DNA of 32,000 nt from Breznakia blatticola (GTDB lineage Bacteria > Bacillota_I > Bacilli_A > Erysipelotrichales > Erysipelotrichaceae), in contig NZ_SODD01000016.1 in NCBI RefSeq assembly GCF_004365815.1, forward strand, positions 11,999 through 43,998, read 5' to 3'. Positions 17,132-24,709 of this stretch are shown here, in pieces; position 1 is the stretch's first letter, and each line of letters starts with the position of its first letter. The translations under genes and the position numbers were made by a program. The notes under the pieces were generated by a model. The model was not told the origin of the DNA, searched no databases, and saw only the letters and a program-made list of their open reading frames with translations.

Positions 17132-17359
17132 ATGTATATAAACAACAACTTTAAATACTTATTACAAAATAACAATACGAATACGTTTCGCTTATCAAAA
17201 GAAGTAAATATTGATGAATCAACTCTTAGACGAATAAGAAATGGACAAGTAAATAATCCTTCAATTGAGACAGTGGTCATGATCTGCAGCTATTTCAAAG
17301 TTTCATTGGATGATTTCGTCCATATGGATTTAAGTCAGGACAAACATCGTCAACAGTGA
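17132..17359 (+). CDS. XRE-family HTH protein
   Basis: 75 aa, FRLSKEVNIDESTLRRIRNGQ...PSIETVVMICSYFKVSLDDF, a typical HTH_XRE layout. Confidence 0.7.
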   Translation: MYINNNFKYLLQNNNTNTFRLSKEVNIDESTLRRIRNGQVNNPSIETVVMICSYFKVSLDDFVHMDLSQDKHRQQ

Positions 17360-17607
17360 TTAGTAATATGCTGTGAGTCAAATCGGGAATTAAAAAGAAG
17401 GGGAGACACCCAGTCGATTGTATTGAGAGCCTCTGACAGATCAACAAAGATATAACACATCATGCAGGAGTCGATACATGGACAGATTATGACGTTTAGG
17501 AATATTACTTATGATAAATAATTTTTCATTTTTCAAGGGGAAAAAAGCACTACGTGTAACGGCGGTGCGTATTTATACGGCATGTGCCGTAGAAGGGATG
17601 TTAATTA

Positions 17608-18786
17608 ATGAATACATTGAATTATAGTTACTTATTGGAATCAGCATTAACAAACAAGAAATACTCACAATTGGATTTATTTAAATCGTTAGATGTGATT
17701 AGTGATGGAAAAAAATCTAATGTTTATTTGAGATGTGAACCTATACATGAGGAGTCATTTGATGGATATTTTGAAGATAAGACAGAAAATTCATTCTTTA
17801 TATACAAGTTTAATGGTGGATTACTCACTTTTAAGAACCAATATAAAGAGTTTATTGATAACTATAAACAAAAGAATAAGAAAGCAGTTTATGCAACACA
17901 ACTGAAAATGCTTTATCCAAGATCGATGAAAACTGTGAAAGAACGAAAGCAATTCATCTATGAATTCATGCACAATATAGTGAATTCAAATACAAAGGAA
18001 ATTAATGATAAAGGGAAGTTAGTTAATAAAACTACACATGTGCCATATGTTGTAGAAAATATTGAAAATGAATATGCGCAAACAACATACGCTTTGATAA
18101 CAGTGATAGATCGAGTGTATTTAGGTAATTATAAGCATAAACGATATCGACAAACACAATACATTGATAGTCGAACAAAGAAGTTTGCTAAGGATACTTG
18201 CCCAGAAGAATATAAAGAGCTTTCGTATAAAGCCGGAGACTTCATGTTAGACAAAAAAGGTAGAAAGATAAAGAATGATGTGTTATTTGGAAAGCGTGAA
18301 AGATTCTTTGCTTACCCCAAAAATGGATGGCTTAATTTCATCAATCGATTAAAGCGATGTGTAATAGCTGCATTCTGGAAACTTCGTAGTAACGGTTTTA
18401 CTGAAGGTAAAGTATTACGTAAAAGTCAAAACTTGCGTCATTATCCAAAAGTCATAAGAAGAAGAATCGGTGCAATAAATCATGCAAAAATAATAGTTCA
18501 ATACACAATTAACTATTTGTTGAAGTGGGAATACGAAATGAACTTGGTTAGAAAGGATAAAGACTGGAAGTTGGAGAAATTGAATAGTACAGTTGCCTAC
18601 CAGCAATTAGAAAAGATATTTGAACATTATAAAGCTAGATTTAAAAATCAATACTTCCATGATAAAGACGGAAAGAAAAGGTATATTCAGTATTACAAAC
18701 AACGAGTAAATGACTTAGAGAACAATATTGAGATCCTGATCAGAATGTTCTTTGAAGAAATTGAGAATGTGCAACTTACGTTATAA
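17608..18786 (+). CDS. Hypothetical basic K/R/Y/N-rich protein (392 aa); possible DNA-transaction (replication/mobilisation) role, not assignable
   Basis: Long ORF with an RBS (GAAGGGA), preceded by a 248-nt leader. No catalytic motif that I can name with confidence. Confidence 0.6.
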   Translation: MNTLNYSYLLESALTNKKYSQLDLFKSLDVISDGKKSNVYLRCEPIHEESFDGYFEDKTENSFFIYKFNGGLLTFKNQYKEFIDNYKQKNKKAVYATQLKMLYPRSMKTVKERKQFIYEFMHNIVNSNTKEINDKGKLVNKTTHVPYVVENIENEYAQTTYALITVIDRVYLGNYKHKRYRQTQYIDSRTKKFAKDTCPEEYKELSYKAGDFMLDKKGRKIKNDVLFGKRERFFAYPKNGWLNFINRLKRCVIAAFWKLRSNGFTEGKVLRKSQNLRHYPKVIRRRIGAINHAKIIVQYTINYLLKWEYEMNLVRKDKDWKLEKLNSTVAYQQLEKIFEHYKARFKNQYFHDKDGKKRYIQYYKQRVNDLENNIEILIRMFFEEIENVQLTL

Positions 18787-18798
18787 AGGAGAAAAGTT

Positions 18799-19230
18799 AT
18801 GGATTTATTTCAAGAGATTAATACGTTTACGATCACTATATTAATTGTAGCTGTTATATGTATTGGAGTTATTATTTTTGCTAATTCTGTAAAGGTAAAG
18901 TCATATATGAACAACAAAAAAAGCATACTGCATGAAATTAATCGAATTATCTCAAATCATGAGGTTGTTGAAGCGCATGTAGGGATTGAAGAGATAACCA
19001 AAGTAAGTAAAAGAAGAGTTATAAGGAAACGCAATTTGTATGTTACTTTCAAAAACTCCCAGACGCAGCAGGTATTTAAAAAGATTTTTTCATTAAATGG
19101 AATAAAAGTTAATTATATTGACGGTCTTGGTCGCTTTTTAGATGTTGATATCGAGAATGAAGTTATTGTATTACATGCAAAAGCAATTGCAACTCATGAT
19201 CGTATTGTGGATAGACGAATTCACAGATAA
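18799..19230 (+). CDS. N-terminally membrane-anchored hypothetical protein (143 aa)
   Basis: AAGGAG RBS. TM helix ITILIVAVICIGVIIFA. Confidence 0.5.
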   Translation: MDLFQEINTFTITILIVAVICIGVIIFANSVKVKSYMNNKKSILHEINRIISNHEVVEAHVGIEEITKVSKRRVIRKRNLYVTFKNSQTQQVFKKIFSLNGIKVNYIDGLGRFLDVDIENEVIVLHAKAIATHDRIVDRRIHR

Positions 19231-19238
19231 GAAAGGGT

Positions 19239-19667
19239 GTGTTTATATGCCAAAGTCATAAAGCATCAAGAACAATAATTCATCTTGGTGATCACGATCC
19301 TTCAGGAATTGATATGACGAGAGATATCCAGGAGCGTCTTAACCTATTCGAAGCAGATGTAAATGTAAAACGAGTAGCTTTAACGAAAAGACAAATCACT
19401 AAATATGGGCCACCACCAAACCCTGCTAAACTTACGGATTCACGCGTTGATAAATACATCGATAAATATGGAACTAGTAGTTGGGAACTTGATGCATTAG
19501 AACCACAGGTGATTGAAGACATTATTAAACAAGAAGTAAACAAGCTTGTAGATAAGTCTCTTCTTAAAGAGGTCGAAATGAAAGAAAACAACGACAAAGA
19601 GATCTTATTGAAGATTGAAAACAATTATGATCAAGTAAAACATTTTATAGAGAGTGAACAATTATGA
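19239..19667 (+). pseudogene. TopoVI-A/Spo11-type Toprim C-terminal fragment (possibly 5'-truncated or split)
   Basis: LGDHDPSGIDM (DxD Toprim motif) lies only ~16 aa from the ORF start, with WELDALEP downstream. The upstream Toprim Glu strand is absent. The GTG start sits 1 nt after the putative SD. Confidence 0.45.
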
Positions 19668-19786
19668 AAAAACGTATAACAAAGATGAATAAGCAAAAGA
19701 TTGTTGTGATTGTAAAATCGGTCTTGGTCATTTTATTGATTCTTGGGTATCTGCTAGTCAAGTACCTGGAAGAGAGACCATTTTAG
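19664..19786 (+). CDS. 40-aa single-TM peptide
   Basis: MKKRITKMNKQKIVVIVKSVLVILLILGYLLVKYLEERPF. The ATG overlaps the upstream stop (ATGA). Below the ORF-track cutoff. Confidence 0.35.
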   Translation: MKKRITKMNKQKIVVIVKSVLVILLILGYLLVKYLEERPF

Positions 19787-19801
19787 AGAGGGGGAATAGA
19801 A

Positions 19802-20242
19802 GTGATAGCAATTGGATTCACTCTTACTTTACTGATATTAGTAATTGTTGAATATGTTACTCGCTATGATAAATGTCTAGCTCATTGTCATCGATTGAAT
19901 AAAGATCAATTGGCAAAGCTTAATCTGATAAAGATTGATGAATATCATGATAGAACAACTCGCGTCTATGTATATCAGTTCAAGGATGTAGAGTTTGTTG
20001 TACATCGAGAAAGATTTAGGATTCAAAATAAAGACATTGGAATCTACGTACATAAAAACGCGAGGTTCGTTTGTAAGTACCAAGCATTATCAAAAAACTT
20101 CAAGACAGGTTTTTACCAGGCATACTTACAAATCAAATATCCACGAACATTTGGGAAGATTGTGATTTATAGATCCATGAGTACAAAGGTATCAACGTAT
20201 TTAGAAGAATTTATGAAGCAAGAAAAATTATTGGAAATTTAA
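19802..20242 (+). CDS. N-terminally membrane-anchored hypothetical protein (146 aa)
   Basis: GTG start 7 nt after GAGGGGG. Confidence 0.5.
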   Translation: MIAIGFTLTLLILVIVEYVTRYDKCLAHCHRLNKDQLAKLNLIKIDEYHDRTTRVYVYQFKDVEFVVHRERFRIQNKDIGIYVHKNARFVCKYQALSKNFKTGFYQAYLQIKYPRTFGKIVIYRSMSTKVSTYLEEFMKQEKLLEI

Positions 20243-20255
20243 AAGGAGAAATGTA

Positions 20256-20696
20256 ATGAAGATTATTGAAACATTATCAGAAATACTTACTGAAATGAAA
20301 AATACGAAAACTATTAGTATAGAAGAAGAATTAGAAACAAGAAGTGTCAATGGAATACTTGTTGAACTTACTTCAAAAGAAACATATGAGCAGGCGTTAG
20401 TTATTGCTTCGATGATAGCAAAGAACTATAGCTTCTTTGAATGGCATCTAGCAGATGTATTGTTAGAGCTTGACCAATGTTGCATCACATATCCAGATAG
20501 AATTGAAGAAAGAATATTACATGGGTTTATCATCAAAGAACTAACTGGAGAATATCCTGATGGAATTTGTGCAGAATTGAAATGTTTAGATGAATGGATG
20601 GCTTATATTAGAAGTTTAGTGATATTAAACATGAGTCATAAGAAAGAACTTTATAGCTTGAGAAGAGAAAAACTAATCGAAGCAGAAACACATTAA
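20256..20696 (+). CDS. Acidic hypothetical protein (146 aa)
   Basis: AAGGAG RBS. No recognised motif. Confidence 0.55.
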   Translation: MKIIETLSEILTEMKNTKTISIEEELETRSVNGILVELTSKETYEQALVIASMIAKNYSFFEWHLADVLLELDQCCITYPDRIEERILHGFIIKELTGEYPDGICAELKCLDEWMAYIRSLVILNMSHKKELYSLRREKLIEAETH

Positions 20697-20702
20697 GTGA
20701 GA

Positions 20703-20717
20703 TGACAGTTACTGTCA
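20703..20717. promoter_or_regulatory. Palindrome TGACAGT-T-ACTGTCA upstream of parA (candidate operator / parS-like site)
   Basis: 7-bp perfect arms, 43 nt upstream of the parA ATG. The same core recurs at 30154-30178. Confidence 0.4.
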
Positions 20718-20759
20718 CTTATATATGACATAAATGAAACTTAAAAGAGGAGATACGAA

Positions 20760-21539
20760 ATGACAACAGTATACGCAATAGAAAATCAAAAAGGTGGATG
20801 TGGTAAGACAACTACATCAATCCAAATCGCTGATTATGCAGCACATGTAGCAAATAAAAAAACACTAGTAATTGATGTGGATCCATCAGGAAATCTAACA
20901 AAAACGTTTTTAGGAACTGAAGTAGTGAAAAGAGATCTATTTACATTCTTGATGAATCGTCCAAAATCAACTGAAGGAATTGATGCATTTCAAAAAGTTG
21001 ATGAAAACTTATATATGCTCGGTTCAACAAAACAACTAAATGGAATTAACATGCAATCGGACTTCGATGCACCATTGATGCTTAGAGAAGCGCTAGAACC
21101 ATTCAAGTGGCTATTCGATGTAATCATTATTGATGGATGCCCTGAAATCACACAACTTACGCACAACTTGTTTGCAGCTGCAGATAAAGTGATCGTTCCT
21201 ATGAACCCAGGGTCCTATTCAGTTATGGGACTTGCAGATCTACAAAATGAAATTAGTTTTGTTAGAAAGATGTATAACCCAAATTTAAAAATTCATGGAT
21301 TGTTATTGTCTAATATTGATAAAAATACAAAAGCAGAACAAGCAATCAATGAAATGGCTAAGACATGCTGTGATTTGCTAGATACCAAAGTGTTTGATAA
21401 TACGGTGTATCATACAACAGTAATTAATGATGCACAGATTGCAGGTATTCCAATTCGCAAATACAAGAAAAGTCATAAAGTGAATATGGTATACACGGAA
21501 CTGTGCAATGAGATATTTAAAGAGGAGGGTTGGAAGTAA
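20760..21539 (+). CDS. parA: ParA/Soj-family partition ATPase
   Basis: Deviant Walker A NQKGGCGKTTT, then VIDVDPSGN and IIIDGCPE. Confidence 0.9.
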   Translation: MTTVYAIENQKGGCGKTTTSIQIADYAAHVANKKTLVIDVDPSGNLTKTFLGTEVVKRDLFTFLMNRPKSTEGIDAFQKVDENLYMLGSTKQLNGINMQSDFDAPLMLREALEPFKWLFDVIIIDGCPEITQLTHNLFAAADKVIVPMNPGSYSVMGLADLQNEISFVRKMYNPNLKIHGLLLSNIDKNTKAEQAINEMAKTCCDLLDTKVFDNTVYHTTVINDAQIAGIPIRKYKKSHKVNMVYTELCNEIFKEEGWK

Positions 21540-22366
21540 TGGACGTACAAGCAATGTTTGAAGCAAGTAATCGTGATGCACAAACACATGAAGAAGTTAA
21601 AGTAGTTCAAAATCGACCTAGGCTCCTTCATTACACACAATTAATTGCTCATGAACGTAACAGGAAGATAGATCAAGAGAAAGTAATGGATCTAGTTGAT
21701 TCGATTATGGTAATTGGTTTGGAACAATGTCCCACAGTAAATGTGATACCAGGACAACCTGGTAAATTTAAACTTACTGCTGGACATCACCGTACTGAAG
21801 CAGTTAGATATCTAGTTGAAGTGCTAGGTATGAAGGAATTCGAATACATCAATTGTATTGTAAAAGAAGTAGACGCAATCGATGAAGAAATGAGTTTATA
21901 TGATACGAACTTGGTAATTAATGAACTTAGCAATTATGACAAAATGCAAGCAATTGGACGCAAGTCAGAATTAATTCAAAAGATGAAAGATCGTGGAGAC
22001 AATTTACCAGGTAAAATGAGAGACTTATTAGCTGAAAATCTAGATATGGCCACAACTCAAGTCCAAAAATATCTAACAGTCTACCGTAAAGCATCTCCAG
22101 TAACTAAGGAAGCTCTTCAAAATAATGAAATATCTTTTGAACAAGCTTATGCACTGTCAAAAATGTCATTTGAGGAACAGGATACTTTAGCTAATAAAGA
22201 CAACAAAATAAATGCACAGAAAAGTGATAAGAATGCAGATATAGAAACTTGGTGTTACAAACTCATTAACAAGGAGTTCACAAAAGGATTAGAATATGGC
22301 CACATTGACGAGCGTGATTATGATGCTTTGTGCAGTATATTGTATAAAGCAATGGAAAGGGGTTAG
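21539..22366 (+). CDS. ParB-like (ParB/Srx N-terminal domain) partition/nuclease-family protein
   Basis: FKLTAGHHRTEAVRYL ParB-box-like motif. The ATG at 21539 lies 10 nt after AGGAGGG and overlaps the parA stop (TAATG). Confidence 0.8.
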   Translation: MDVQAMFEASNRDAQTHEEVKVVQNRPRLLHYTQLIAHERNRKIDQEKVMDLVDSIMVIGLEQCPTVNVIPGQPGKFKLTAGHHRTEAVRYLVEVLGMKEFEYINCIVKEVDAIDEEMSLYDTNLVINELSNYDKMQAIGRKSELIQKMKDRGDNLPGKMRDLLAENLDMATTQVQKYLTVYRKASPVTKEALQNNEISFEQAYALSKMSFEEQDTLANKDNKINAQKSDKNADIETWCYKLINKEFTKGLEYGHIDERDYDALCSILYKAMERG

Positions 22367-22371
22367 TAGTT

Positions 22372-22680
22372 TTGAAAGAAATAGAGATGTACTCACTTGC
22401 ATTAGAACTGACAAAAACTATGAAGACACATGCTAAAGCAAAGTCACATTCTGAATTTAAGTTAGAAGAGTTCGAACTAAAAACATTAACTCTTGGTCAA
22501 CAATATAGAACAGTATCATTGCTAGCAACGCAAAAAACACTAATATTCATGTGGAAAGTATATGAGGAGTTAATAGACGAGTTAGAAAGAACTCCAACAT
22601 TTGTTGAAGTACGAGAAAGAATTAGAAGGTATAAAATGCATGGGACTACAAAGAAGCTGAGAGTTCTGGAGCAAAGATGA
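22372..22680 (+). CDS. Hypothetical basic protein (~100 aa)
   Basis: TTG start 9 nt after GGAAAGGGG (alternative ATG at 22387). Basic C-terminus RERIRRYKMHGTTKKLR. Confidence 0.45.
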   Translation: MKEIEMYSLALELTKTMKTHAKAKSHSEFKLEEFELKTLTLGQQYRTVSLLATQKTLIFMWKVYEELIDELERTPTFVEVRERIRRYKMHGTTKKLRVLEQR

Positions 22681-22701
22681 TAAAAAGAAGGAGGATAAAC
22701 T

Positions 22702-23145
22702 ATGTTGCCATATATAAACATGATTGATGAAAAGAAAACGCGTGAGCAATTGCGTAGACACATTAAATCGATGGAAATACTCATAGATCAGCCAATGTTT
22801 TATGAAGAAAACTCTCTACAGTCATGTAGTGTCATTGATACTACGCAACAAGGGAATTCAGATCGTGATGTTCAATTACACAAAGCAATTAGAAACATGC
22901 AACTATCGGAACAAAAATCAAATTACATTGAATTCTTTATGACTGCATTGAACAAACTTCCTGCAGATAAAAGAAGTCTTATAATTAACAGGTATTTTCA
23001 TAAGATGGATGAAGAAGAACTTCAAGACTGTATGGGGTATGGATTAAGAAAATTGAGGGAAGAGTTGAAAGATGCAGAAACACAATTGGCAATTTGTCTA
23101 AATTGTGAAGTCGAAAGGAAACCAAAACATGCAAACAAAAACTAA
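22702..23145 (+). CDS. Sigma-70 region-4-like / ArpU-like putative transcription factor
   Basis: 147 aa. LNKLPADKRSLIINRYFHKMDEEELQDCMGYGLRKLREELKDA resembles a sigma r4 HTH layout. AGGAGG RBS. Confidence 0.45.
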   Translation: MLPYINMIDEKKTREQLRRHIKSMEILIDQPMFYEENSLQSCSVIDTTQQGNSDRDVQLHKAIRNMQLSEQKSNYIEFFMTALNKLPADKRSLIINRYFHKMDEEELQDCMGYGLRKLREELKDAETQLAICLNCEVERKPKHANKN

Positions 23146-23554
23146 AGCGATTATTGCGATTGTAACTGTTGTTTTTATCCTTGGTGCTGCAGCATTTGTT
23201 GTATCAAGTGAGTTTATGCATCAGCAAGATGAAAAAGCAGTAGTTGCTGAAAAGGAAAAACAAGAAAAAGAGGCAGAACAAACAAAGAAACAAAAACCCG
23301 TTTTAGATCTAACTCAAGAAGAGGTTGATTTAGAAGTTGGTTCGACGTTTGTGTTCGAAGACTATATAAAACGTGCTGAAGATGAAAAAGGCTATAATTT
23401 AAAAGACTTTGTAAAAGTTGGTAAGCAGTTGAATACAGATACTGAAGGGAAATATAAAGTCACGTATAGACTCGATTTACCAAGTGGTGAGAATATATCG
23501 AAAGATTTAATCGTTAATGTCATAAAGTTCGAAAAAAGCACGAATCCGGATTAA
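23129..23554 (+). CDS. Membrane-anchored protein with Ig-like extracellular domain
   Basis: The ATG at 23129 follows GAAAGGAAA. It has a TM helix, an EK-rich linker, and a domain (LDLTQEEVDLEVGSTFVFEDYIK...YKVTY) shared with the ORFs at 24710 and 29494. Confidence 0.55.
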   Translation: MQTKTKAIIAIVTVVFILGAAAFVVSSEFMHQQDEKAVVAEKEKQEKEAEQTKKQKPVLDLTQEEVDLEVGSTFVFEDYIKRAEDEKGYNLKDFVKVGKQLNTDTEGKYKVTYRLDLPSGENISKDLIVNVIKFEKSTNPD

Positions 23555-23652
23555 AGTTTATGATTTTTAAAAGTAAGAGTAGTTCATACGTTGTACCTTT
23601 ATTCCTTAGCATATTTGTTATATTATATTTAGTGACATATAAAGGGGTAAAC

Positions 23653-24282
23653 ATGGATGGATTAATAATAGCAATAGTATCTGCTGTATTAACTTGGTTT
23701 GTAACCAAATTAATAGATGGGAATAACAAAAGACTGGATATGAGCTGGTTGATATATGAAGATCTATTGAACAATCTCTACAGAGCAAGAGAACTTGAAA
23801 AAAGATATGTTTATGAATTGAGTAAGCAACTAGAAAATTTTGACCAGGTAGATTATTCATCAGATACGATTATAGTGAGATTTGATTTTGAAGTATTAAG
23901 TGACATACTCATGGAGTTTATGAGATGCAGAAACAAATTTCTATCGCATTCTAGAATCTTTCAAAAGAAAGTAAGCACAAGTAGAAAAGAAAAAGTAGCA
24001 AAATGGATGAACATTGAAACGAATGTACAAAAATTTACAAATTGTTTGATTGAATATAACGATTATTTTGAACATGATTTTCAATATATGAATGAATTTT
24101 ATGTAAAACTTAACGCAGTTCGAAGCGAAATTAAGTATGAAAAGTCAGTTTATCCAGGACAAATTGGAGAAAATGTGGACTCAATAATCAAAGAATTTCA
24201 CTCAATCAACTTGAAAGTTACGCATTCTCCAGAAGAAGGAATCGTTGATTATATAAGCAATGTGTTTAAAAAAGTGGTTTAA
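23653..24282 (+). CDS. N-terminally membrane-anchored hypothetical protein (209 aa)
   Basis: The ATG at 23653 follows AAAGGGG. The upstream in-frame ATG at 23560 lacks an RBS. Confidence 0.5.
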   Translation: MDGLIIAIVSAVLTWFVTKLIDGNNKRLDMSWLIYEDLLNNLYRARELEKRYVYELSKQLENFDQVDYSSDTIIVRFDFEVLSDILMEFMRCRNKFLSHSRIFQKKVSTSRKEKVAKWMNIETNVQKFTNCLIEYNDYFEHDFQYMNEFYVKLNAVRSEIKYEKSVYPGQIGENVDSIIKEFHSINLKVTHSPEEGIVDYISNVFKKVV

Positions 24283-24334
24283 TAGTAATTGTGAGGCATA
24301 TGAAACCCTTATAAATAAAGGACTTTTGAATGGT

Positions 24335-24576
24335 GTGCAAAAAAGCGACCAAAAAGCGTGCAAAAAAGCGACCAAAAAAGTGACCAAAAAGCGTGCAAAA
24401 AAGCGACCAAAAAAGTGACCAAAAAGCGTGCAAAAAAGCGACCAAAAAGTTGACCAAAAAGCGTGCAAAAAAGCGACCAAAAAGTTGACCAAAAAGCGAC
24501 CAAAAAGTTGACCAAAAAGCGTGCAAAAAAGTGACCAAAAAAGCGACCAAAAAACGACCAAAAAAGTGACCAAAAA
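24335..24576. repeat. Array of 21 tandem 10-12-bp A-tract repeats (GCGTGCA6 / GCGACCA5-6 / GTGACCA5-6 / GTTGACCA5), mean period ~11.5 bp, with a 35-bp super-repeat
   Basis: Parsed unit by unit from the sequence. Unit triplets (e.g. GCGTGCAAAAAA-GCGACCAAAAAA-GTGACCAAAAA) repeat four times. The array is non-coding. Confidence 0.95.
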
Positions 24577-24603
24577 TGTGCCTTTTTTTGTAACATAGGA
24601 ATG

Positions 24604-24612
24604 TGCTAAAAT
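24604..24612 (+). promoter_or_regulatory. Candidate extended -10 promoter (TGcTAAAAT) for the surface-protein operon
   Basis: Lies 28 nt after the repeat array and ~100 nt upstream of the ATG at 24710. The -35 region is only T-rich. Confidence 0.4.
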
Positions 24613-24709
24613 GATAGTGTGGAATTTTAGACATAGCACATCTCCTGAAAGATGTGTTTTATTTTATCTTTTTTGGCTAATAAGAAAAAACTATAGAGGA
24701 GAAAGAAAA

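Noticed and set aside
19292-19624. 110-aa minus-strand ORF
   Set aside because: It is antisense to the Toprim-motif ORF, has no RBS, and has a low-complexity S/L-rich sequence.
24335-24576. Possible CRISPR array
   Set aside because: The units are 10-12 bp and directly abutting with no unique spacers. There are no cas genes in the window. The pattern fits an iteron/A-tract array, not CRISPR.
24202-24639. Three overlapping minus-strand ORFs (145, 122 and 95 aa) encoding F/W/L-rich repetitive peptides
   Set aside because: All three reverse frames are open only because the reverse complement of the A-tract repeat units (TTTTTTGGTCGC and similar) contains no stop codons. There is no RBS, and the 'proteins' are just the repeat read in each frame.
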